Source: Schizochytrium sp. TIO01 (Eukaryota; Protista; Bigyra: Labyrinthulomycetes). From it: a DNA stretch of 64,000 bases. The notes beneath the pieces were generated by a model, which did no database searches, was not told the origin of the DNA, and saw only the letters and a list, made by a program, of their open reading frames with translations. Below, piece by piece: positions 10,135-19,817 of the stretch. A program made the translations under genes and the position numbers. The DNA lies in NCBI GenBank assembly GCA_004764695.1, contig SMSO01000034.1:1054001-1118000 (forward strand), given 5' to 3'. Numbering within the stretch: the first letter of the stretch is position 1; each line of letters opens with the position of its first letter.

Positions 10135-13100
10135 CTAGTCTGTCCCAACAACTTCCAAATTCTGGATGCCTTGGACAATTCGCTCATTCCACAGCGTTTG
10201 GGCCTCTTGTTTTCCATCATCTTGAAAACCTCGGACCCATGGAAGTTGACGCTCTGTAAGAAATAGTGCATGCCGTAAACCAGGACTTAATTGCACAATA
10301 CGCACTTGCCTATTCAGCGCAAGATAATGTGCTTTTAGCATATTAGTAAAACCAAGAACATTCGCATCGCATTCATTCCACATTGTATTTTCCGCTGTCC
10401 ATGGAAATGTTTTTCTTAAATCTAGCCAACAATCCTCCTTGTGATTTTGGGTTAAACTTAATATAAAAGATTCCTTCACAGGGGGGGCAGCACTATGGAA
10501 GCTTTCACGACATAAATTAAAGAGCTTGTGCTTTAGTTTTATTGTTACCTTATACAGCTGTCCATTGGCATGAGCTCGATACTGTAAAAGGTGAAATCGC
10601 TCCCACAACAACTCTCCAAACGTGCCGAGTTCTTGTACAAGAGCATTAATCTCCTCTTGTTCCCGTTTGACCTCATCTTCGGTAGCAGCGTTTTTGCGTT
10701 TACGATTTAACATCTTCATGTTTGAATCTTGAGCAAGATTTACAATGTGCTGCTCTAGCTCGTCAAGAGTCACAAAGCCATTTCCATCATTGTCAATTTC
10801 AGCAAACATACTCTTTGCCAGTTTACGATCAATACCTAGACGTACCAAACAGACACGAAGCTCCTTTAGGTCAAGATAGCCAGAGTTATCTGCGTCAGCT
10901 TCGAGAAAGACGCGACGGATCTCTCGAATCTTAGTGCTATGGTCGACATGTTGAGTTAGCGCCCTCTCAAAGTCTCTCTGTGCCCTTTCGATACGAAGAT
11001 TAAACCATTCTCGAAAGTTGTCTTCCCCAAACGTTTTGGTAGGCTGGGAATGCGCGTCAGCAACGGGGTCGTCCTCGCGCACGTCCACAACATGTCCTTT
11101 AAGGAATGTTCTCATTGTTAGACCCTTCCTCAATGCCCGCGCAGTGAAGTTATCAAGCTCTAATGCCAAACTTATCTTGTGAGAGGCCATGCGCTGTTGC
11201 TTGGTCATAGGGTCCTCAATGACTACATGCTCTAAGAAATACACAGGCAGCTGGTAAAGACGGCCACCACGAGAGCCAGGGCTACATGGACAACTTTCTG
11301 ATTTTGTGCGTGGATTACTTGGATTATCAAAATCAAGAATTTGGCCGCAAGTTAAGCACTTTGCACACTCTTGGTAATCAGCAAGCTCGTCATGAAACAC
11401 CATGACTGTCTTAATAAAATCGGCACCCACCTTAGTGATGTGATTGTGGCGAAGGTCGATTCGACGAATCATCGGAGCGCATTTCAAAGCTGTGCATAAT
11501 GCCTCAACATACGGATCAGTCATGTCGCAATCCATTAAATCAATCTCTCCAATATGGAATAATGGCTGAGCACCTGGAACGCAAAGTTGATGGCGTAATC
11601 TTGGTGGGATGTCACCCCAGATTGATAGCTCAACACACTCTCGCATAAATGCCTTTACAAACCGGGAGTACGTGTCAGGGAAAACACGAGGTACGGCGCG
11701 AAGGCGCCTTCGATACTTGAACCAGAGTCTATACTCCTTCTCTTCGCGTCTCAACTTTGCAGGAGGATCTTTAGGTGGAATGGCAGGCGGTGGATCCGTT
11801 CTGCCAACAACAGGTCGACGAAGAAAAAGACGCTGAAAAAAACCACCATTGCGCCCCTTGCGAACAATCTCAGCATAGCAAAAATCCAAAAATTCTTCTA
11901 GAGACATCGTGCCATCTTTGTTGTCATCGTATTTTTTCATTATACGCTTTGCTTTCCGAAGTCCAATGTTGTAGCCAAGCTGTTGCATAGCAATCGCCAT
12001 CTCATACACGTCAATTGAACCTGAGCCATCTTTATCGAAATAAAAAAAGATTCGACGCATCTCCAGAATTGAGTTGTCATCTTCGAGCCTCCGACCATAA
12101 GCTTGAATATCATATAATGTATTGTAGGGAATGTAATTACCTGCTTCAACTTCCAGAGACCATCCCTGCTCTTCTAGAAGATCACCCCAGTTTGCAGCTT
12201 GTTCGGCTAAGACTCGTCGGTATCGCTCAAAAGATCCTTGGCCTCTGTAGCCAATATCCCGTCCAAGGTATTGAGTCTTACGACGTACAATAACAGGAGG
12301 GACAGCCTTTTTGTATTGGTTTTGGAAGGCTTCGCTAAATTCTCTTGCACGGCGCGCTACAGTGCCCGGAGACTGTGCACGCTCAGGGAGATCACCAGGT
12401 CTGAAGAATGGAGATTGCCCTGCATATAGTAGTGTGTCCACAGGTTGCTGGACTCCATCATAGAGTTTTTCCAAAAGCGTTGTACTTAGAAGTTGTGATG
12501 CATCCCATGCTTTGTGAGCTTCGTTGCATGCAGTAATTCCATTTTCATCAATCTCTACAAGCATATCATCAATGATACCATCGAGATAGGCAACCTCCTC
12601 AGCAGGTTCCTTCAGATGCATAGGGCATAATGGTGGTCCCTCAATATCACCTTCAGCAGAAATCGGCAAAAGTTTCGAATCCGAAAATAGAGGAGCTTTT
12701 CTTTGTAATATATTCGAATGCGTCTCACAAAGAATAGAATAAGCTCGACCATTAACATCACGTACAAACAGGTGAGGCCCGCCACTCCGTATTTCCGCGA
12801 TAGCGTCTGCTCCTACAGCACTGAAGTCAATAGCAATGCCTTGCTTATTTTCCTCGTATGCAAGCCCGCCATACAAATATAAGGTACCCTCAGTTGTTAG
12901 AATACATGTATGCCTTGCTCCACAAGTAACTTGTACAACGACCTTATTTTGTAGGTGGTCTAGCACACGAGGTACAAGTATATCAAGGGTGTCCTGGTTT
13001 CTAACCTTTGTGGCTTGGCAAAGCTGGCCATGGCGCCCACGGCCCCAACACCATAAGTCACCTGCCTCAGTTACAATCGCAGAATGGCGATCACCTCCAG

Positions 13101-13764
13101 ACATCATAGCAACGCACGACCTCCACCAGGTTTCTGCTCGGTTCAAAGTTTCTGGCTCAAAGGTATTAAGGCGGGTCCCGTTACCCAGTTGGCCAAAGTC
13201 GTTGCGCCCCCAAACACACAGCATTTTTCGATCCTTGGCACTCAATGCCATTGCGTGATGAGCTCCACACTCTATGAGAGTAAACCCTTCATTACCAACC
13301 GCTGGGGGGAAAGTTTGAATTCGCTCGGGCTCAGGTGCAAATTTGTGCTTGGAGCCTAAGCCAAGCTCACCATAAGGACCAGAACCCCAAGTGTAAATTT
13401 CTCCTTTGGCAGTAAGAGCCATGCTAAACGTCATTCCTGCTGCAAGAGCCACAACATGGTTATTGTTGGTACCAAGGTTACCAGGATGTAAGAGTTTGAT
13501 TGCTTGGGGTTTTATAAGACAGTCTCGAGACCCATGGCCCAGTTGTCCATGCGAGCCTTCTCCAAAAGATAGGACCTGGCCAGAATCATCGATCATGAGA
13601 GTGTGGTGGTGTCCTGCAGCTATCAAAGTAACACGAGCACGGCTGAGAGAAAGAACAGGAGTAAACCTGTACAGCAGTTTTTTGGAGCTCCATTGCTGGC
13701 GATCTGCTAGACGTTGCTTGGCTGATATCTGTATGATAGCACCGTTTCGAATTAGTTGACCCAT
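10135..13764 (-). CDS. RCC1-repeat protein with two EF-hand pairs and an LRR-like segment
   Basis: RCC1 repeats (IAAGHHHT..GEGSHGQLG; AAGMTFS..WGSGPYGELG; ECGAHHA..WGRNDFGQLG; GGDRHS..WGRGRHGQL; TCGARHT). EF loops DKDGSGSIDVYE, DDNKDGTMSLEE, DADNSGYLDLKE, DNDGNGFVTLDE. LRR-like IDLRHNHIT. N-terminus may lack an upstream exon. Confidence 0.88.
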   Translation of the reverse strand: MGQLIRNGAIIQISAKQRLADRQQWSSKKLLYRFTPVLSLSRARVTLIAAGHHHTLMIDDSGQVLSFGEGSHGQLGHGSRDCLIKPQAIKLLHPGNLGTNNNHVVALAAGMTFSMALTAKGEIYTWGSGPYGELGLGSKHKFAPEPERIQTFPPAVGNEGFTLIECGAHHAMALSAKDRKMLCVWGRNDFGQLGNGTRLNTFEPETLNRAETWWRSCVAMMSGGDRHSAIVTEAGDLWCWGRGRHGQLCQATKVRNQDTLDILVPRVLDHLQNKVVVQVTCGARHTCILTTEGTLYLYGGLAYEENKQGIAIDFSAVGADAIAEIRSGGPHLFVRDVNGRAYSILCETHSNILQRKAPLFSDSKLLPISAEGDIEGPPLCPMHLKEPAEEVAYLDGIIDDMLVEIDENGITACNEAHKAWDASQLLSTTLLEKLYDGVQQPVDTLLYAGQSPFFRPGDLPERAQSPGTVARRAREFSEAFQNQYKKAVPPVIVRRKTQYLGRDIGYRGQGSFERYRRVLAEQAANWGDLLEEQGWSLEVEAGNYIPYNTLYDIQAYGRRLEDDNSILEMRRIFFYFDKDGSGSIDVYEMAIAMQQLGYNIGLRKAKRIMKKYDDNKDGTMSLEEFLDFCYAEIVRKGRNGGFFQRLFLRRPVVGRTDPPPAIPPKDPPAKLRREEKEYRLWFKYRRRLRAVPRVFPDTYSRFVKAFMRECVELSIWGDIPPRLRHQLCVPGAQPLFHIGEIDLMDCDMTDPYVEALCTALKCAPMIRRIDLRHNHITKVGADFIKTVMVFHDELADYQECAKCLTCGQILDFDNPSNPRTKSESCPCSPGSRGGRLYQLPVYFLEHVVIEDPMTKQQRMASHKISLALELDNFTARALRKGLTMRTFLKGHVVDVREDDPVADAHSQPTKTFGEDNFREWFNLRIERAQRDFERALTQHVDHSTKIREIRRVFLEADADNSGYLDLKELRVCLVRLGIDRKLAKSMFAEIDNDGNGFVTLDELEQHIVNLAQDSNMKMLNRKRKNAATEDEVKREQEEINALVQELGTFGELLWERFHLLQYRAHANGQLYKVTIKLKHKLFNLCRESFHSAAPPVKESFILSLTQNHKEDCWLDLRKTFPWTAENTMWNECDANVLGFTNMLKAHYLALNRQVRIVQLSPGLRHALFLTERQLPWVRGFQDDGKQEAQTLWNERIVQGIQNLEVVGTD

Positions 13765-14499
13765 CCATAGATAAATTTATTTATAGATATCCAGTACATC
13801 GGAGGTCGCATTCACAATGCGTTAACTTACCCTCTTGGATTTTTGTACAACGTCTACCTGACGCTCCTTGACTTGAGTCTGAGCAAAGCGGTGCAAGTTT
13901 GGAATAGCTTTTTTGTTCTCCACTGGCATGGTTGCTGGCAAGGACAAAACGGTTTAATACTCTCAGCCCTCTTAACTTTCCAGTGAGCTTAACAAGCAAA
14001 GATACGCCACATCATCTAGCGTAGCAGACTTCTCTTGTCTATCGAGTTGACGGTCCTCCGCCTGCGAGGTATTATTGCAGCTTTGTTCCACCTCCACCAA
14101 GGTCCTCCTTTCTTTAATATACTTTGTTAAATTGCAGATATGAAAAGTGGCCCAACGGGTGGATACGCCTCTTTCCAACGGATCGATGTGCGCACCACTT
14201 CTGGAACTCGTTGTCTCACAATGCCTCTGTGCCACACTACCTACTTAAATAGATGGGTAGATAGATACCCTGAAGTCGATTACATGGCGCCTATTGATAA
14301 GCAATGCTTGTTAAATAAATCTCTACTTGAGCAGATAGCTGGTCTGCCGGGATTTGTTTGACTTGCAGCAAGGTATTTATGAGCTAGCTGTACCTTCCAA
14401 GAAAAACAGCGAGGAACTTCAAGTTGTATAATACAAGAACAACAAGGAAAACATCATAGACAAGTTGCCCTGCCAGTGCAAGAACTGAGCATTTGCAAG

Positions 14500-14582
14500 G
14501 TAAGTCCTTGCAAAGGCAGGGTCTTGCACAAGCAGGCTCCTAAAAAGACGCTCTGACAATTAGAACATCTGAGGTGCTGCAG
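14500..14582 (+). other. Putative 5'UTR intron of the ARM-like gene
   Basis: AAG|GTAAGT donor, CTGAC branch-like motif near 14553, TGCAG acceptor 23 nt before the ATG at 14606. Confidence 0.4.
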
Positions 14583-14605
14583 GCAGCTCTTCACGAGAGG
14601 CCGCC

Positions 14606-17600
14606 ATGCACTATGCAACAGCACTCAGTAAGTCGCAAACCAAACTCTCAGCGCAAACAAGTTCAAAAAGTACATCTCTGAGGTCATCCAAAGCCGAAAG
14701 CTCCCCAACTAATGGCACAAGCTTGGAAACAGAGGTTTTGGCTGAGGAAGCTAAAGAGACTGCTATTCAACAGGCTCAAGCCTTGCAACACATGAATGAG
14801 ATAGCAAAGAGATTAGATCGCGAGCAAGTCGCGCTCAGAGCAAAAGCATTTGCAATATCTGGCTTTAACTCCTTGCAAGAAATAGATCGAGAGTTAAGGC
14901 CAAGGTTAGATATTGATATTATCTTCGATAGTGATTATTTAGAGGAGATGATGAGACGTAGACGTTCCATCGCAACATCACTGTCATATTTCCAAACAAC
15001 ACTTTCAGTAACAAATAAAAGTCCTTTGGAAGGCCTGAACGCTCGTTTAATTAATAAGTTTGCAGCATATGCTCCTAATGGAAATCAGGAATCAGCAGCA
15101 TCACTAGGGCAGGGCTCAAGATTACTGGTTCAGGCTGGTGCTGCACATGGATGGAAAGAGGTTCGTAATGAAGCAGACTTTCGGGATGCTATACGCGTGT
15201 ATCTCACTGAAGAAAAGCAGCAGTATTTTTTTCAACTCCAACGAATTGTAGACGCTCTACTAGAAATGGTTCTGGCCAAGGAGGAGCCTGCATGTACTTT
15301 AGCGATACACGCAATCTGGGATTTAAGCGTCAATGAAGCCAACTATGAGGTGATTCGGGGGAGCTCTTCATGGATTGACGCAATTGTGCAAATGCTTAGT
15401 GATGATCGACTTATATACAGTCGCGATAGCACAATTACTTACGGTGAACTGTTGAGCGTTCAGCAGGCAGCAGGGGCTGCCTTACTCAATCTTTGCATAG
15501 ATGGAAACCAAAACTTCTTGAGACAAGTTCACGAAAGAAAAGTTCTTTCTTGCTGCTGCGCAAGCCTTTATTTGTTTGGGAATGAAGCTTGTGCTGAAGC
15601 TGACTTTGAAAATCGTACGCGCATTGAAATGCTGTGTTCTCTTATTGACAAATTGATTCGTTCCTGTCCTCCACCTCAAAGCATTGAGAGTGCAGAAGTT
15701 CTTCGAAAATACTCAAACTTTATTCTTTGTGTTTTGCAATCAACGCAGCGGAAGCATATATTTAAATTACTCTTAAGGTCACTAGTTCAACTCATGGATC
15801 CTGAAGGTCTGCAGCAAATGCCCTATCTGCTTGAGGCAGGTGAAATGAGATGGAGCCTTACACTGTGCTGTTTGCAAGATATTGTTACTCATAGCGAGTG
15901 TGCAGACCATAGTGATCGGCTCTTGGTTATGGATTTGTTGGCTCGCTGTGTTCACTCAAGTGCTGCTGACTTTGTTGCAGGCGTTTATTCTTTAAATTCT
16001 CAAAGTTCGCAAACGTCTAAGCATGAAGGTTACCAAGTGATTAATCTAAGCCTTATATATCATACACTACGATGCACGAATTTCAGCGCATTAGTGAGTG
16101 GGAATTTACTAGTAACAGTAGCTTCTGTTGAGGATCCTTTAGCTCAGGAACAGTGGAGGCCAGTAGGACCAAGCATAATTAAAGAGGAACAGGAGATTTG
16201 TAGCATGATTGTCGAAAGAGGATTGTGTGCTCTGAGGGGCCTTGTTTTGCAACATGCTCGTCAAAGTGGGATTTTAATGCCTCCGGGAACCTGTTCTATA
16301 CTATGGAGATGCCTGATGTACTTTTACGAAACAATGGGGAAATTTAAAGAAAGTGTACTTGCAACGCTCGCGTCATGTTGCTTCTTGACAGGTTTTTTGC
16401 AGAAAATCCCAAAGGAATGCTTGAGTTCCTTAATCTTGATTTTGGAGTGTGAAGAACTTCACGGAAGCCCTAGCCTTGCATTGATCTTGCGATGCCTTTG
16501 TGTTACACAAGAAGGCTGTATTTTGCTGAGCAACCGACTTCATGGCATAGAGATCCTAGTTCACCACCTCGAAGCAGCTGAGGGTGTTTCTACACGTAAA
16601 CTTCTTGGCTCCGCAATTGTAGAGTTCTCAACAAATATGTTCACTCCCCTTTGTAATCCTGGGTTAGGCCATGATTCTCGTTCAAACAAGTCAGGAGAGA
16701 GGAAATATGAATGCTTACGCTGGGTTAGGGGTGTTGACAGAATTAGCCCTCACGAAGAGCTCGGGCGCTTCGGAGTTCTCACTATGGAGTCTGGAGATGA
16801 CTTTGACGAAGCTGGGTTAACATTCCATTTCCCATATGAACAGGCATTTGACACAACACCTGAGTATGACATTGTCTCAACGCAGGAGGTTGATGCACTA
16901 TGTAGGGCACTGAAAAATGCATGTTGTTCATCTTGGTCTGACGAGTCTGTGACGATCGATCTTTCTTATGCACTGCGCATCCTCGTCCAGCATGAAACTC
17001 GTAATCTGAAACAATTCACAGAGCACGCAATTGCTACCCTCCTTGAAGTTGCACTAAGTTGCATGTCTTGTGGAGGCGTCAACGCCATATCACGACTCTT
17101 ACAGCTCTTAGAAGATCTAGCGCTCACTGATGTTGGCCAACAAACCATGGATGAACGACACAAAGAGGTTTCGTCTTTAGTACAACTATGCTTGTATCTA
17201 CAGGCAAAAGAGCATCGCTTACTTGAATTTGAGGCCCTTGTTGATAGTTGCTTAAAGCTTGTGTGGAAACTTGCATGGGCTGGGGCATCATTACGTGAGA
17301 ATATACATTTGCTGACCATCGTGCATGCTGGCATTTCGCAGCCGGACTTTACACCCTTTCAGCGTGAATTATGCGCAAATGCTTGTCTCGCCCTCACTGT
17401 GCAAAATAATCCTGCGATAACGCAAACATTCCAGGATATCACAAAGTCTTCGGACCCTGCTCTCGAAGCCTGTATAGAATGCTTATATTCAGACCAATTT
17501 AACGTGCAAATGGCAGGTGCACAATTTATTTTATGTGAATGTATTTGTGCGGCTTCCACTGCCCCGTTTGTTAGGGCGCATGGTCTGCGGCAACTCGTAG

Positions 17601-19078
17601 AGATGGCGTGGCAGTCTGAGAACTCTATTGTACAAGCGCATGGTTTGCATGCCCTCTTAAGGCTGGTTATTGACAATGAACTCGTTCAGACGACTCTTGC
17701 CCGAGAAAGCATGCTTGCCTTAATTTTGTTAGCTCAGCACCTTTTTGCGGTCGATGGCAAAGTTTTTCGAAAAGGTTCTGCTAGTCAAATTGACCCTCAT
17801 GAGGACATGCAAGAGTCAGTCCACGTAGATTCCTACCCCAACTCCAAAATCAAGGACGGGTGTATTGAGTATACGATTACACAAAAGGTAATTAGTCGAC
17901 TTATCAGTACTCTTGAATCGAATTTCAAGAATCGAACGGTTTTGTACCAAGCAGAACTTCGTTTAAATAATGAGGTAGGTCTGTCTTATGAAACTTATGA
18001 ACTCCCATGGGCCAACGAAGATCGACGTTCAAACCTCGGACAAAAAAATACGAGGAATCTTGAAGACGATGATGCTAGTATCCGTGACCAATTTGACAAA
18101 TGGATGGGAGATATGCTGCGTAGAGATGCGGCAAAACTCAAGCATCATCAGCTGCAGCGAGTGTCAGTAGTTCCAGTACCACCTTGTGGGAAGGCATCGT
18201 CTAAGGGGCAAAGTCCTTCAGTGCAACGGCGTCTTTACAAGTCTGCACATCTACTTTGGAAGCCATATTCCGAGCGAGAAATGCGATGGCAGCCCAGAGT
18301 TATCTCTGCGAAACTTACAGAAAATCCTGAAGTGACGGAGTTCTCCCAACGCACTTATGGTGATGCAGGGGTGTTGACAATTAAGGGCAGGGAGACTGAG
18401 AACATTGAGAGTGCCAGTCCAGCCAGTGGTGATGAAGATCAAAGTGACATACTAAGTGTGATGGATGAAAATCATATTAGAGCAGAAAAAACGCGAGAGG
18501 AGAGACGTGAACGAAAACGGAAAGCTGTCTTGCGCCAGTATGGTGTCCAACTACGGGAAAAGCCTCTCAAAGATAGAAATGTGCAAATTGTGCTTGATCG
18601 ACCATACGCATTCTCAGCGACTAGTATGACATCACCATACATATCTCAGCCATTAAATAAATCAAAAGCAAAGGCAAAGAACACTGGTGCGTCCAAAGTA
18701 TGTCTTTTTCATCACATTGAAGGCTCTCGAGTTTATGATAATTACGGTATGACCAAAATAGCGGTCGACACTAATAATGCTGTTTTCGTATACACTACAA
18801 TGGAACCTATCCTACCTCACAACGAACGATGTAGCCCCCCACCAACAGACGAGGTAGAAATAACTATGCCTTCATTTGGTACATATCAGAAGACAAGTAT
18901 AAGCTTGTTACGGAGGGTTGAGATACGCTCGAGGCCGGTTAGTTCTGTGGTAGTTCTCTCTAGCGTTTCGGAGCAGGACGGTCAAAAATTCGACCACCAG
19001 GGACAGTATTTGCACGTTTTGCAGATTTTATGGCAGAAAGCAAGCGAACAGTATTTTGGGGGAGTGATGGTCTTGTAA
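14606..19078 (+). CDS. Large armadillo/ARM-type helical repeat protein, function unknown
   Basis: 1490-codon ORF with GCCGCCATG context. Leu/Cys-rich helical repeats of ARM character (AIHAIWDLSVNEANYEVI, QQAAGAALLNLCID, VQAHGLHALLRLVIDNELVQ). Confidence 0.8.
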   Translation: MHYATALSKSQTKLSAQTSSKSTSLRSSKAESSPTNGTSLETEVLAEEAKETAIQQAQALQHMNEIAKRLDREQVALRAKAFAISGFNSLQEIDRELRPRLDIDIIFDSDYLEEMMRRRRSIATSLSYFQTTLSVTNKSPLEGLNARLINKFAAYAPNGNQESAASLGQGSRLLVQAGAAHGWKEVRNEADFRDAIRVYLTEEKQQYFFQLQRIVDALLEMVLAKEEPACTLAIHAIWDLSVNEANYEVIRGSSSWIDAIVQMLSDDRLIYSRDSTITYGELLSVQQAAGAALLNLCIDGNQNFLRQVHERKVLSCCCASLYLFGNEACAEADFENRTRIEMLCSLIDKLIRSCPPPQSIESAEVLRKYSNFILCVLQSTQRKHIFKLLLRSLVQLMDPEGLQQMPYLLEAGEMRWSLTLCCLQDIVTHSECADHSDRLLVMDLLARCVHSSAADFVAGVYSLNSQSSQTSKHEGYQVINLSLIYHTLRCTNFSALVSGNLLVTVASVEDPLAQEQWRPVGPSIIKEEQEICSMIVERGLCALRGLVLQHARQSGILMPPGTCSILWRCLMYFYETMGKFKESVLATLASCCFLTGFLQKIPKECLSSLILILECEELHGSPSLALILRCLCVTQEGCILLSNRLHGIEILVHHLEAAEGVSTRKLLGSAIVEFSTNMFTPLCNPGLGHDSRSNKSGERKYECLRWVRGVDRISPHEELGRFGVLTMESGDDFDEAGLTFHFPYEQAFDTTPEYDIVSTQEVDALCRALKNACCSSWSDESVTIDLSYALRILVQHETRNLKQFTEHAIATLLEVALSCMSCGGVNAISRLLQLLEDLALTDVGQQTMDERHKEVSSLVQLCLYLQAKEHRLLEFEALVDSCLKLVWKLAWAGASLRENIHLLTIVHAGISQPDFTPFQRELCANACLALTVQNNPAITQTFQDITKSSDPALEACIECLYSDQFNVQMAGAQFILCECICAASTAPFVRAHGLRQLVEMAWQSENSIVQAHGLHALLRLVIDNELVQTTLARESMLALILLAQHLFAVDGKVFRKGSASQIDPHEDMQESVHVDSYPNSKIKDGCIEYTITQKVISRLISTLESNFKNRTVLYQAELRLNNEVGLSYETYELPWANEDRRSNLGQKNTRNLEDDDASIRDQFDKWMGDMLRRDAAKLKHHQLQRVSVVPVPPCGKASSKGQSPSVQRRLYKSAHLLWKPYSEREMRWQPRVISAKLTENPEVTEFSQRTYGDAGVLTIKGRETENIESASPASGDEDQSDILSVMDENHIRAEKTREERRERKRKAVLRQYGVQLREKPLKDRNVQIVLDRPYAFSATSMTSPYISQPLNKSKAKAKNTGASKVCLFHHIEGSRVYDNYGMTKIAVDTNNAVFVYTTMEPILPHNERCSPPPTDEVEITMPSFGTYQKTSISLLRRVEIRSRPVSSVVVLSSVSEQDGQKFDHQGQYLHVLQILWQKASEQYFGGVMVL

Positions 19079-19817
19079 AAGTACCAAGCTTTGCTATTGC
19101 TCTCATTTGCCCTGCCATGCTTAAAGAGCTACGAATTAACCCTGATCAAAAAGATGATGAAGATACCTCAATGATGAGCTTCACAACACGTAAAAAACGC
19201 GGCAAGCTAAAGAAGCAACGGAGCCAGCTATCTGCGAACCCAAAACTATAGGAAGTAGCATAATTGCTCCTAGGTCACGTTTGAACTTGGTTATCTGAAG
19301 ACTAGATTTTCTTGAACGTTGTACAAAAATAATTTTTAGTTTTAAAAAAAGGAAAAAAAAAGGAAGAAGGACAAATATAGTTCTGGTGGTGATAGACTTC
19401 GATTGTAGTAGTAAAATCTCTCGGCTGTATAGTTTGTGGCGCTATGATGAAGTTGGTGAACAACACGTAAACAAAAATGATCAAATAAGCTGGTCTGACT
19501 AATCGCTCATAGTTCCCGGTAGAAATGTATCAAGGTACAAATTGCAGATTCAACAGATCGGGTCCTCAAAATCCAAAGACTATTGAATAGGGCGAGTTTT
19601 TTTAAATAATTTATCTCAACCCCGCGAATGGATGATAAAATTTGGATATTTTGGAACGTTTTAAGTAGTTGGGTCAGTTCAATTGAATGGTGAGAATGAG
19701 CCTTGCCACCACCAAACTAGATAACTTCAATTAAAAACTGACACTTGAAGCAGCAGTAGCCAGCACAATGAGGGAAGCTGAATCAGGGTCAGAAAGATCA
19801 AACATATTAATTGTTTT

